DNA of 62,226 nt, the filler included, from Sphacelaria rigidula (lineage: Eukaryota): assembly GCA_964200075.2 (NCBI GenBank). It is 11 parts of 11 records of this genome, joined end to end, with 100 filler letters (N's around TTAATTAATTAA, not from the genome) between each part and the next. Parts side by side here need not be neighbours in the genome. Positions count along the whole stretch, not along the records: positions 11,335 to 16,900 come from CAXNAA020026275.1; positions 17,001 to 22,566 come from CAXNAA020026276.1; positions 22,667 to 28,232 come from CAXNAA020026277.1; 8 more parts are not named here. One strand, 5' to 3'. Shown here piece by piece: positions 12,436 to 23,935 of this stretch. Position numbers and translations under genes: made by a program. The first letter of the stretch is position 1; each line of letters opens with the position of its first letter. The notes below the pieces were generated by a model, which saw only the letters and a list, made by a program, of their open reading frames with translations, was not told the DNA's origin and ran no database searches.

Positions 12436-12509
12436 CCAACTCATGGACGCTAACTTCGGCATCCAGGAGAGCGGCGAGGTTGTTTCTACCGCCCAAGCGA
12501 TGATGTCGG
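12436..12509 (+). CDS. Candidate exon 1 of an unassigned gene fragment
   Basis: tag|C CAA CTC ATG GAC...TCG G|gtgagc; QLMDANFGIQESGEVVSTAQAMMS. Confidence 0.5.
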
Positions 12510-12933
12510 GTGAGCCACATAGTATCGCGACACCAGACCACGGGGTACGAAGTCAAAAGCCAAGGCAGTTAGTTCCGCCGCAGCAGGGACAAGGGGGGCA
12601 AGTCAATTGCACCGCATACTGTAGCATACCCCTAACCGGTTGTCATATTTTTGTGCAGTATCATGAGACCACGGGGGTCAGTTATCAAAAAGTATGTTCA
12701 AACTTCCCCTGTCCTCTCTGTAGGAGGCCTTTCGATGACGGCACATCTATCTGGGCGTTCGCTAGCGTGCGACTTTCGTAGTATAAACAAACCTTTTGGA
12801 CTTGAGAACTGCACCCACCCGTACTACTACCACCGTATAGCATCACCTCACAGAGATGGATCACGTTTTTTTATGCTGCGCTTTGTGTTTATGGCATGCT
12901 CGCTTGGCGATTCGGACGTTCGACCACAACCAG

Positions 12934-13049
12934 TGTTCTACTTCGGAAGTCCTCAACGGAAGTCATCCGGGGAGCTCGCTGACACGGACACCGATGGTGT
13001 TATCAGCATGGCCGATGAGCTAGGGCAATTTCTGCTGGATGATGTTGTG
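12934..13049 (+). CDS. Candidate exon 2 of the same fragment
   Basis: cag|TG TTC...GTG|gtgagg, phase-compatible with 12509; VFYFGSPQRKSSGELADTDTDGVISMADELGQFLLDDVV. Confidence 0.5.
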
Positions 13050-13364
13050 GTGAGGGGGTCCCATCTCACATGCCAACCAACGTATCCTTTCTGGGGGGTG
13101 TTTATTGGGCGGTCCAGTAGTTTTGATTGATGAGCAGCTATCCCCTTTCATTCACTTTACACAGGGAGCGTGAACAAAAACCACGCTCAGCAGGCCCTCC
13201 CGCGTCTTAGCGCTAATTTATTTTTTTGGATCCCAATTTTATTTTTTTATAAGATTTACAAGCTTCATCGTGTAAAGGAACGCTGCCCGCGTCTTTGACC
13301 CGCTCGAAACCGTTGATGGAAAAGTGACGATTTACAATTTTGACGTTTTCTCAGACGAGATGTG

Positions 13365-13365
13365 G

Positions 13366-13397
<32 letters not shown>
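13365..13397. repeat. (GTT)n microsatellite
   Basis: Read directly from the sequence. Confidence 0.95.
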
Positions 13398-13398
<1 letters not shown>

Positions 13399-13465
13399 TT
13401 CTGTGACTGTTGATGATGCAGTCCACCAAATGAACGGTGCACTATACTTTAAGTTCCGAGTATGC

Positions 13466-13677
13466 TAGAGAGCTTCGGAAACGCTTTTTTTCCCGTCATT
13501 TCAGAGTACAAATATCTCAGGATCAGAGTGTAACGAACGAAATATTTTCCCCCCTCCGTCAAATGTGGTATCCCTTTCACTTTTTTTCGACCAGGTGTAT
13601 TTTATTATTTTACTCTCTGGTCCTGAGATAATTGCACTATGAAATGACAAAAAAAACGCGTCTTCCGAAACTCTCTA
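13466..13677. mobile_element. Palindromic MITE, TIR TAGAGAG(T/C)TTCGGAA
   Basis: tagagagcttcggaaacgc...gtcatttcagagtacaaatatctcagga mirrors tcctgagataattgcactatgaaatgac...cgcgtcttccgaaactctcta. Confidence 0.85.
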
Positions 13678-14984
13678 TACTAATAAATGTGACTGATTCG
13701 TGTTTGCACAGTCGAAGTGACGATTTACCGGTGACGAAAGGTCGCCCACATTATATGGGAGTTTGTAAAATATCGTAACTTTATTTCCATCGACGGGTTC
13801 CGAAAGGTTTCAATCAATTTGTTTCCGGTTTGCAAACGTACAGCGCGGTGGAAAATCGAATATATCGCTCGTATACTTGTATATACCTGATACGACGTCG
13901 GCGGGATTTACGTTATACTCTCAACCATCTGAGAAAATAACAAACAAACAAACATGGACGAATAAGATATACGAGCGAATTCGATTCGACCGCCTTTTTT
14001 TTTTTTTGCGACACAGGAAAAAATTTGATGATGACGATACGACATTGAGAATTTCGCGCGTATCTTTTATGTGTGTGTGTGTGTCTTGAACCAATAAACA
14101 TGGCAGGAGTCGCAGCATGTAGAATATTGATTATTTCACGCGCTGGATAATTACAATATATGCTCAATAGTTGCAGAACAGGTAGCTATCTAGACAAGCG
14201 TTGTACCGCGTTCAAGTTTCAACCTATTCACAAGTCGGACAGCTCATGAGCCCACCTACTGTATAGAACAACTAATCCAAGAACGCAAAATTCGTGACCG
14301 CGGGGTCAGAAAAGCCAAATCGCTCATCTTTGTCTTTTGCGCTACTCCGCGTGCCCGGTGTCAAGGGCTGTGTAGGGAGCAAATATGGGGAAAAGGGGCC
14401 ACATGAGCTATAGTCGCTCACGATCCGGATCAGTACGCTCATGATAAGATCATGACCTGTCCGAGGTGTGAATGAACCTATTGCAGCCATTGGGCTATCA
14501 ATTTATTAAAACTCTGAGGACCGACGCCCGGATGGGTAGGGTGACTGGTGTACAGAGCCGAGCCGGGGGACATTGTGGGAGGTTTGCTCGGCGAGGAACA
14601 GTCTCATTCCAAGCCCGAGACTATCTGGGTGGGGGGGCACTCCCACCTTGGTGCCTACCCGTACATCCGTTCGAACTATCTAATCTTCGGGCTGGGTATG
14701 CACGGCGGAAGGAGTAGCACTCGAATGCACTGCACGAAACTAGAAACGGCGAAGTGAGTGGTGAAAGGTTCCTCTCTCCTTCCTGTCTCCTGGGGACGGA
14801 AGAAACAAAAACTACTGCAACTATTGTCGACCCGACCGACAAAAGTTGCAGTAGATTGATTTTTACTCGGATACAGTACAACTTTTGTCTATTACATTTA
14901 TTGATCATTTAGTGTCATTATCCAGTGTGTAAAAGTGTTTATTCATTACCAGGGCGTGTTGCCAGGGCAGGATAATATGTTGTA

Positions 14985-15230
14985 CTCCTGGGTACTCGGG
15001 TAATTTACCCGGGTATTTACTCCAGCCCGACGTTTGGGTTGATGGGGTACGACCTCGATGACGTTGTACCCCAAAAAATGGTTAGATTGGGTACGACCTC
15101 AAATTCTCGACCCAACCTCTGGGTAAGTACTTTTTTTTTAGGAATACCCGAATGTAGAGGATCACACGGGTATGACCTCATTACTCTACCCAATTTACAG
15201 GGTATTTCAGGGTACGATCTCTATTACATT
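14985..15230. repeat. Degenerate GGGTAC/TACCC-rich repeat (resumes 16333-16490; similar tracts ~33070-33330 and ~45545-45715)
   Basis: Recurrent gggtacgacctc...actctacccaa units. Confidence 0.6.
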
Positions 15231-15232
15231 AC

Positions 15233-16332
15233 TAGAGAGTTTCGGAGTATGTTTTTCTTCAGAGTCAGAGTGCAGAGTGGAAGCTTCGAAACTTCATAGT
15301 GGACGATAAAAAGTTCATAGCGGAAGCTGATGCGACGTGGCTTGACGTGATTTTATTCTGTCGCAGTGATCGGCCGCAGGTTGCCCCGCCAAATGTACGA
15401 TCGATCAGCGCCCACTTCGGAAGTGCGTAGGCCAGCACAACACTGATTGTACCGTACACTGCGGCACAGTACGCACCACACCCTGCACGCTTTTTCAATG
15501 CACCTGCATGACTTCAATCCACTACGGCGCACTACAGGACGCTGTAGTGCCGTAGTGCTGTAGTTCTGAGCAGCGCGGAGTACAGTACAGTACAGTACAG
15601 AGAGCGCAATACAGAACCCTACAACAGTGCGTTGCAATGCTGTGAACTATTCTACTGTACAGCGATACCGTACAGAGAGTCAGTTGTACAAACAACTTTA
15701 TTTAGTACAGACAGTACGGTACGCAGCACTTTCAAACAGCAGACCTCGGCCGCACTGCGATGATTTCTCTGCATGCCACCCATAACGGTGGTGCAAGACG
15801 TGATGATCTCTCACAGGATGGGAATACAGCCAGGGGTAGTACTAGTTGTGCGCTGTAGACTACGAATCGTTTCTACCGTCTTCTTCCAGCTGAGGCTGGC
15901 AAGAGTGAGGAGCTGCGCCCAAGTCAACGTGTACCCGTCGAGCACTGGAATATTCACGCAAAACAGCAGAGCGAATGCTGATACCATGGCGGTGTCAGGG
16001 AGGTCTTCTGATTGGCATGCCAAGCTTATCTATCTACTTCGTGAATGGCATTGTGATGAGTATGGCAGTTTTGATGGACGATGAATGTCCCACTTTGCTG
16101 GTTAGGGTGTATTGACTTTGGACTGGACGTGACCATGGCGGTGAAGGTGGGCGTGGTTCTTTTTCATTCCGCTATGAGCTCTGAAGAGGAACAACGGTTT
16201 TCAGAGTGAAGTGGTGCAAACGGCATTCTGACTCTGAAAAAATTGCTCTGAAGAAAGCTTCGTAGCGGAAAGCGCACCGTTACCGACTATTTTTCCTCTA
16301 AGATTTGAAAAAACGTTTTCCGAAACTCTCTA
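15233..16332. mobile_element. 1.1-kb non-autonomous TIR element with the same TAGAGAGTTTCGGA termini
   Basis: tagagagtttcgga...ttccgaaactctcta; interrupts a gggtac/tacccaa repeat region. Confidence 0.7.
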
Positions 16333-16734
16333 CTATACCCAAGTTTTGGGTAAGTTGGGTTATTACGATCTCAATATTCCACCCAAAGTTTTGAGTACTA
16401 CACCAAAGTTTTGAGTACTACAAAAAGAGTATGACTTTTTCAAAATACCCGGGTATCCGGTATCGGGTATCGGGTATCCGGTATCGAGTGCCCTGCTCCA
16501 CACGCCCCTGATTCATTCGATACCATGTAATGGGAGAATCTCGTGCAGCAGTTGACCGACACGGGATTAACTCCGAAGTAGGACATTGGTCTTTGAAGCT
16601 TTCCTACATGCGAAATATTTACGGTTTGGAATGTAAAGGAGGAGATGAGGGGAATTTCCCCCCCCGCGGTCGCACCTGCGGCAGAGAAACTCACTGTAGA
16701 TGCCGCGTGTTTGCATGTGTCTGTCGTGTTACAG

Positions 16735-16804
16735 GATATCTTGAAAGCCGGAGCGGAAGGCGTGAATGTTTTCTGGGAAGGCGAAAACAACGGCCTGCTC
16801 AACA
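16735..16804 (+). CDS. Candidate exon 3 of the same fragment
   Basis: ttacag|GAT...AAC A|gtaagt; phase-0 start fits 13049; DILKAGAEGVNVFWEGENNGLLN. Confidence 0.55.
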
Positions 16805-16900
16805 GTAAGTCTTTTTTTCTTTTTTTCTTTTTTTTTCTACTGTCTGTTTACCGTGTTTTCTTTATTTTTTCGTTTTTTTTTTTTTTTGGGGAATTACAGC

Positions 16901-17000
16901 NNNNNNNNNNNNNNNNNNNNNNNNNNNNNNNNNNNNNNNNNNNNTTAATTAATTAANNNNNNNNNNNNNNNNNNNNNNNNNNNNNNNNNNNNNNNNNNNN
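16901..17000. other. Artificial contig spacer
   Basis: N + TTAATTAATTAA + N. Confidence 0.99.
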
Positions 17001-17486
17001 GTCAATAGCTGTCCGAAAACGCGTCGTTTGGTATTGGCACCCTCTTCGTCATGGAGTAATCGAGCTTTGAAATTCGGCCCGGGGGGTGTGCGTTGACTCG
17101 CATAATTACGATAGAGCTGTACTGTATCGGCAAAGTACAACTACCTACTGTGCTCGCGAGTACAGACCGTGCTTGTTACCCGACAGAGTACAGCCTGTGC
17201 TCGGACATGGAATAGTAATACAAGATAACGAGTACAGGCTACAACTGTGCCGTGTTTGCGAAGCATAGCCTATACTTGTAATGTCGTACTGTTCTCAAAA
17301 CCCACGGCCTGCAGTGTGAATACTATGTATTGTATCCGTCATCTCGAAAATAAGAATATTATCGACGGTACCACCGGATGATGGAAGATCAAAGTGGGTG
17401 TTTTCCGTCGTGCTCAACATTGACTCGTTCTGGCTGGACTTCGATACTACGTTGGTACCCTTGGCGTTTGTCTCCGTTGTAGGCCG

Positions 17487-17535
17487 GTCGCCCCGGTGGC
17501 TCAGTTGGTAACCATGAAACCTTCTGACGGTTGAG
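17487..17535 (+). mobile_element. 5' head fragment of the tRNA-derived SINE
   Basis: ccggtggctcagttggtaacc...ccttctgacggttg matches the heads of the SINE copies at 31599 and 37368. Confidence 0.6.
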
Positions 17536-18240
17536 CAGCTGATTGAAAAAATGAAAGCTCCCGAATTGAAAAAAACAACGCGGGATCGGTCATGATGAAG
17601 GGTCACGGTGGAAATAAGGATCCGCCTATACAGGTGGATATACGTTTTGCGCTCAAAACCGGTCAAGGACTTTCCTGTACTGTTGTATATGCATATGTCC
17701 TACATTCACATGGTCAAAAAAAGAGGCGTGTGGTATTATGGCGAGATAATGATTCTGAATCTCGAACATGGCATGGTCCAACCCAGTCTACATGCGGTTT
17801 TATATTCGACATAGACCCGTGGAACACCTCTGAGGGCAAAAATTATTGCTCAACTGGGTTTCTCACCGCGATGCACCAGGAAGACCCTATTCGTGAGATT
17901 CAGAGGGTAGTATCAGATTCGGAGTGGATGCTCTCGCTTTTCTAACAGAAAACGTTTTCTATTTTTTGCTTGAGCACACGTGCTGTGCATGCGGCTACCG
18001 TACAGTACCCCATTCGAGGATTCCGGGAGTCTGGTTGGTGAGATACCGCACGAAGCATTTTTACGCCTGGGGGCATTTCGGAACTGAAACTGTTTCAGGC
18101 ACTAATCGGTTTTTCCTGCCTGAAAGAGGGGATCTTTTGTTGCGGTGGACTGACTACGTAGTTGCGATCAAGTGATGTGTCAAAATGATCGTGTAGGTGA
18201 CAGTTTTCATTGAAGCCACCGCTTCACCAGCTGAGCGCAT

Positions 18241-18343
18241 TACTCCTCGAACTGTGGCGATGTCAAAATCGACGGGAGAGTCGACTGTTTCGGGTCTCAC
18301 TCTGAATCTGAAGCAACCCTCTGAATCTCACGAATGTAGTGTT
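18241..18343 (+). repeat. Repeat shared with the contig start at 28333-28435
   Basis: tactcctcgaactgtggcgatgtcaaaatcgacggga...cgggtctcactctgaatctgaa...ctgaatctcacgaat in both places. Confidence 0.9.
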
Positions 18344-19265
18344 TCGGGTGTCATGTCAGGGGCGACGGTGGACCACGAGACGGTAGGGATCCTGTTCACC
18401 GAAACAAAATCCTCGCGTTCCTCGACAGATACGCAGGGATGTACGGGCAACACATGCCGCACCAGAATGCTATATACTTCTACATGAGAAAAAAACAGGT
18501 GGGTGAATGTAGGTAGCGCTTGCACAGCCATTATTTTGGTCGCGCTTATCGACTGATATGTGTGTGTGTGGGCGGGTGGTTAGGGGGCGGGAGGCTCTCG
18601 CGGCATCATCCACAGTAAACCGCGTCTTATTTTAGTTTCATTTCTTTTTTCCAAAACAGTTGAGGAAGCAGTTGGTAAATATCGTTTCGATTTGTGTTTT
18701 TGTCGGGCTAGAGGTACGGGCCTGGAACACTTCGATCCCCGACGGTGTTCACAGCCTTCGATTCCAATTCAAATTACTGGACCACCGACTACCCCTTAGC
18801 GCATCTAGCACGCGATTTCGGAAATTGAGCACACTTTTATGAAGGAATAACGCTGGGAATCACCACAAGCATCGAAATGTTTTCGAAGTAGAATTACAAA
18901 TGCACTCTCCGGCCGTAATGTGTGGCGTCGCTCATCATGGAAGAAAACGCCGATCATTTGTAAAATCCCGTGTTTTTAAAGGGATTCTGGAATACAAGAA
19001 CAGTGTAAAATACAGGAAGGACCGGAGAATTAACTTGTTCCACGTAAGTACAGGATGCCGCAAATTTCAGACGGACCATTGTTCAGGAGGAGCCACGCCA
19101 CACGGCACAATCGGAGAGGGCAGATTCTTTTTTGTATTGCGGAAATGTAGTGATGCTTACGAAGGTTCCCAAGGCTCAACCACAGTAAAATATCCATCCC
19201 CAATTTTCAATATCACATGCTGTCTAATTCAGTTCAACAGTCGGATCCATCCTCCCTGCGAATAG

Positions 19266-19342
19266 CGTCGCAGAAAGAGGCAATGCAGTGGATGACAGTA
19301 CAGATATACGCGCCGGAGCCCAGGACGCAGCGCATCGCGTTT
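19266..19342 (+). CDS. Possible upstream exon of the DUF7869-like transposase
   Basis: tag|...TTT|gtatgc; SQKEAMQWMTVQIYAPEPRTQRIAF; phase-0 end fits 19506. Confidence 0.4.
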
Positions 19343-19505
19343 GTATGCTAGTTGTTTGGCTTCATGCGCCCGCTGATGTTGCGCTAACAACTTCATGCGC
19401 GCGTACATTTTCCTAGCCATATAGAGTAACTATCCGGCGTTGCGGGCTCAATTTCCTGCGCACGATCCCTCGAAACACGCGACTACCTCACATCCCCAAT
19501 GGCAG

Positions 19506-19754
19506 GAAGAGTACGATGCGTTCGTTGAGGATATGCGTAATGCGGGAGGAGGGGTGGCCGCAAGTCTTAGCCATTTTTACACCACGATGCGCAAGGACCG
19601 ACCCCACTACAAGGCCAAGGTCAGCGGCACATTTGTGAAGTGTAACGCGTGCACTCTGTACCATGACACCCTTAATGGGAGTTCTGGTATGAGGGTCACC
19701 GCTGACCCCGGCAAGACGGAGGAGGTCGCTATGGAGCAGAAGGTGCACTTGCAT
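19506..19754 (+). CDS. DUF7869/Sola-like transposase exon (CxxC region)
   Basis: cag|GAA...CAT|gtgagt, phase 0-0; ...SLSHFYTTMRKDRPHYKAKVSGTFVKCNACTLYHDTL...VHLH. Confidence 0.8.
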
Positions 19755-20431
19755 GTGAGTCGTCTTCTCGTCGAAATTGTCGGCAGCTCGTGATGTCACC
19801 GGAAAAACGAGTATACGCAATATGTGAGATTACGCCACGAATAGCATCCAAAGCAGCCGCAGGTGTATCGAATCAGTCAAGGGGAGGATATTTCCCGACC
19901 ACTATATTTCCTCAGCTCGTACCTGCAGCGACCCGTCGATATCAAATGTTTCGACGCGATTACGCATCGAAATTCTGTCGAGTAAACCTCCATCTCCCTA
20001 TGCGACCTCGGCTCATTGCGTCACGGTATCGCAAGTCGCGAGTGCCCCTCTATTCAAGTTTCCCAGGTCCATGCGGCCGAGTAGCGTTTCCCAGTTACAC
20101 GTTGTCTTGGGGGAAACTCTCTCCGCCCGAGCCGCGTATAAATAGCCGACCGTTTTTCTTATCATTCACCTAGCTTATCTTTAGTTCATTCATTCGGATT
20201 GGTTTCGTTTATTGTGTGTATGTTGATCTGAATTTATGAGCTACGTTTGTGTTTTGAATATCTGTGGTTACTTCACGCCTCCTGAGCGGGTGTTTCTGTG
20301 CTTCCTTCAATCCCGAGTTCGTCTTTCATCGGACCACGGCTTGAGGCACGTGGTTTGTTCCAATGGTTGATACAACGCTCGAGGTATTCCTCATCAATCT
20401 TACGATGCGGACCTCCCCTCGACCGTTACAG

Positions 20432-20595
20432 TTGGTGACTCCAGACCGTCAGCGCCTGGATTTCATCAGTCAGGCTGCCATTCGAGCAAAGGCCAATCAG
20501 GAGCCGTTGAAGTTCTTGTCTCTACAAGTCGATGCAGCAGCTCAAACGGTGTTTGCTCTACCTATGTGCTCTCCAATGACGCACGGCACAGACAA
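20432..20595 (+). CDS. DUF7869/Sola-like transposase exon (first putative catalytic Asp)
   Basis: cag|TTG...AA|gtgagt; FLSLQVDAAAQTVFALP. Confidence 0.8.
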
Positions 20596-20786
20596 GTGAG
20601 TACGAACGACAAATGAGGGTGCATTCGACGGTGTCCCCATTTTGTTAGCGCCTCCAACACTCGCGTACACCCACCGTCATGGCGCTGGTGAATACTCGCT
20701 CGCGCGTGCGTCGACGTCGATGTAGACTGTATCGTGTCTGATACGACTCCACGGTTATGCACGATGCGTGATGTGGCGACTGACAG

Positions 20787-20875
20787 GGGATATGCCGAAC
20801 GCCAAAAAATCATGGCAGTTCTCGTGGAGGGACAGTTCGTGGAGTTCTTCCTGGCACCCCAGACCGTCGGAGGCG
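20787..20875 (+). CDS. DUF7869/Sola-like transposase exon
   Basis: cag|G GGA TAT...GGC G|gtgagt; phases match both neighbours; GYAERQKIMAVLVEGQFVEFFLAPQTVGG. Confidence 0.8.
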
Positions 20876-21178
20876 GTGAGTCCGAATACGGTGCTCGTGT
20901 TATGCAGTCGCCGAATCATACCGTGAGGCGATCGTCGGCATGATTCGTTCGCATCTCGAATTTCTTATAGCGTAATATCGCCGCCCACCCAATTCGAAGT
21001 AAGTAACTGTTCGTCTGCCGTAGTTTATTCGTTCGATACTTCTACCGCCGAGGCGCGTGGTTCGGTACAGCACACTGCCCCACAGTCCACCACAACATTT
21101 CTCCCACAAACCTAACGAACATCGCACACTGTCCGTCCCGCCATCCCGCCATCACCTTGCCGTGTACTTGTTTCGCAG

Positions 21179-21428
21179 GCAGCAATCTTACGTGCACCTC
21201 CATTCACCGGGCACTGACGCGACTGTTCGACACGCATTGCAGCGCCGGCACCCCAGCGTACATCGACGAACTATACGCCCAATTCGACAACTGCGTGGGC
21301 GAGAACAAGAAACACATCGCCTTAGCGTACCTGGGTTCTCTGGTTGCTCGAGGCATAATCAGACGGGTTGAGGTCAATTCCATGATGGTTGGACATACCC
21401 ACATCATGATCGACCAGGTCTTCTCGAG
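21179..21428 (+). CDS. DUF7869/Sola-like transposase exon (second and third putative catalytic Asp)
   Basis: cag|GC AGC AAT...AG|gtgtgt; GSNLTCTSIHRAL...LYAQFDNCVGENKKH...YLGSLVARG...MMVGHTHIMIDQVFSR. Confidence 0.88.
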
Positions 21429-21825
21429 GTGTGTACAAAAAAGTGTGCGTCGAAATTGAAGATCAGTATCGAATTGGAGAACATATCGTGATCAGAACAG
21501 TCGATCATGCGTACGGACGTGGAGAACCGAGAAGCCGACATTGGTCGATTCGAATCAAAATATAGAATAAATAGTCGATCGTTCACACTGCCAGGCCTGG
21601 TCGTCGCGGGGCTATTCAATTTTTATTTTCAGCTGTCTTGGAGTGCCCTCTTACGGTTTTGTTTGGGTTCTTATTTATTATTTGTGTGTTTGTTTCTCGA
21701 GAGGCTCAGAAGAAGCAATGAGAACCCTTTTGCAAGGAACAGCAGGGATGGTATTGGAAAGACGAGCCCACGTCTGTGACCACGAGAGGTCGGGCTAGTG
21801 TGCGGAAATAGTAATAATTACGATA

Positions 21826-21827
21826 AC

Positions 21828-21866
<39 letters not shown>
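21826..21866. repeat. (AAT)n microsatellite
   Basis: Read directly from the sequence. Confidence 0.95.
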
Positions 21867-21868
<2 letters not shown>

Positions 21869-22314
21869 TTTACATATTTCGCGTAATTTATGAACAAAAG
21901 GTATGGAATGATGATGCCAGCTACCCCAAATCCCCGTACTTTCTACGGCTGCACTCATTCACCACTACTTCTAATCCCACAACCGGGGAGCAACACCGCA
22001 CAACCGCACACCACACACAACACAACACCTCGCGGCGGACTAGTCTATGCCTGAACACAGAGTAAAGGTTTACAAGAGTTCTGTGCCTGGGGAGGTCTTA
22101 CGGAGTTGCCAATTGGACGACAGACCCAAATCCCCGCGATGTGTTTGGCACCAACTCAGACAGTACACGCGTATGGCACACCTAGGGATGGGTTTTTGCG
22201 ACAAAGCACCGAGAACGCGTGCATCCCATATCGTATATGGTTTTCACCGCATACACTGCCGCTAGACTGTGCTATTGGGGGTAAACGTGGGGGATGTGAC
22301 GCTAGCAGGACGAA

Positions 22315-22566
22315 CAAACCTTGCAAGCGGACCGGGTCATGCGAGACGCGGCCGTGTGAGTATACTTTCCCACACCATACTAGCTCACTAGCAAAAAAGG
22401 TACACTTGTGGGCAGCTGCAAACAGACCAACACTCTCTAAGCGAGCCAAGATTGCATCAAGCGTATCCAACAGTTCGTCTTCCGTATCCGCGAAGAAAAA
22501 AACATCATCCACCCAAATCTTGCATTTCAAGCCATCTAAAAGGTCCATCATGACACCTTGAAAATA
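22315..22566 (-). mobile_element. Ty3/gypsy reverse transcriptase fragment (WVDD motif)
   Basis: CKIWVDDVFFFADTEDELLDTLDAILARLESVGLFAAAHKCTFFASELVWCGKVYSHGRVSHDPVRLQGL. Confidence 0.9.
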
Positions 22567-22666
22567 NNNNNNNNNNNNNNNNNNNNNNNNNNNNNNNNNN
22601 NNNNNNNNNNTTAATTAATTAANNNNNNNNNNNNNNNNNNNNNNNNNNNNNNNNNNNNNNNNNNNN
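22567..22666. other. Artificial contig spacer
   Basis: N + TTAATTAATTAA + N. Confidence 0.99.
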
Positions 22667-23100
22667 GGTTCTCATCCTCAATCAAAAGCACCATCCTCAA
22701 CATAGATGATCGGCTGTTTGCTGTGTGGTTACTATTCCGCCTAAAGAACAATGCAATTGTTTTCTGCTGCTCGGCGGCTATTGTCCCGATTTTGTTTTGC
22801 TGCTCTGCGGTTACTGTCCCGCCTGAGGCGTTGCGATTGTTGCCTTTACCGCCCATGGGTAGTTGTACCCTGCTGGCTATCGCACTGCCTGTGTAGCCCT
22901 CATGTGCGCGTAATGCCTCTTACACCGGCATGTAAAGTCACGAGTAGTTTCCCACTCGAGTAGTTTCCCACTCTGCTGCTTGTACGGTGCCCCACTTTGA
23001 CCGCATGAGCTTTTACCGATAAACGATTGTCATCACCATATGTGCCTAAATTGTTACACCGAGGTCCCCACGCATCTCTCCCCTGAAATGCACCTCTTCG
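22667..23100 (-). mobile_element. Possible decayed retrotransposon gag (frameshifted CCHC knuckle)
   Basis: Minus-strand tgactttacatgccggtgtaagaggcattacgcg near 22900-22942 reads as a frameshifted C-F-T-C-G-V-R-G-H-Y-A. Confidence 0.3.
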
Positions 23101-23162
23101 TGGTGATGAGACGTTGTTCGCCGTTGTGGCCTACCCGCACACTGTAGTGGCTTTCCCTGCCA

Positions 23163-23302
23163 GTGTCACCATCATCCCGTTTGGTCGGGATCACACATGT
23201 TACTAATTGTGTGTACGGGTCGGCCGGGAATTGAGACTGCATCGCGTCACCATCATCCCTTTTGGTCGGGATCACACATGTTACTAATTGTGTGTACGGG
23301 TT
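23163..23302. repeat. Direct repeat of a ~57-bp core, 83-bp spacing
   Basis: gtcaccatcatccc.tttggtcgggatcacacatgttactaattgtgtgtacgggt occurs twice. Confidence 0.9.
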
Positions 23303-23514
23303 GGTCTGTAATTTAGAAATTCGTTTAGAAGCCGCTGCTGCCCGTACTGTTCATTACCGCCGTTGCTTTGATTGACGACAATCCTTTCATGACCAACCTT
23401 CGAGGACCGATCCTTCTCGACTACAATTACGTCGGGGCGTTTCGGGACATCAGGCTCCAGACAGCTGCGGAAGCTGTGCAGCCGCGTCGTTGTTGTCTGT
23501 TGTTGTGGTTTTCG

Positions 23515-23832
23515 CTGTTGTTGTGTGTTGCTGTTCGTCGCTGCCGTGCCGCTGCTGTGCGTTGCTGCTGCTCGCCGCACGGCTGTGCTGTTGTTGTGTG
23601 CTGCTGTTCGTCGCTGCCGTGCCGCTGCTGTGCGTTGCTGCTGCTCGCCGCACGGCTGTGCTGTTGTTGTGTGCTGCTGCTCGTCGCTGCCGCGCAGCTG
23701 CTGTGTGTCGTTGGTTGTTGCGGCTCTGTGTTGTTGATGTTGTTGCTGCTTTGTGTTGTTGATGCTGTTGCTGCTGCTATTGTTTTTCTGTTGTCTTTTG
23801 TCGCTGTTGCTTATTACTACTGTTGCTGTTGC

Positions 23833-23901
<69 letters not shown>

Positions 23902-23935
23902 AGTTGTATGTTGGTGGTGGTGCTGCTGCTGCTGT
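23515..23935. repeat. 73-bp minisatellite (~2.5 units) grading into a (GTT)n microsatellite at ~23832-23901
   Basis: Unit starts at 23530, 23603 and 23676. Confidence 0.9.

Noticed and set aside
13466..13677. GAG...CTC MITE as the non-autonomous partner of the Sola-like transposase
   Set aside because: The 4-bp flanks do not match in either copy (gcta/tata, acta/tact), and the elements are on different contigs from the transposase.
17632..17907. Additional 5' exon of the transposase
   Set aside because: An open frame and acceptor exist, but there is no family motif and no good donor.
22289..22305. PPT + TGTGAC LTR start on the plus strand
   Set aside because: The purine run is short and there is no upstream integrase or second LTR to support it.
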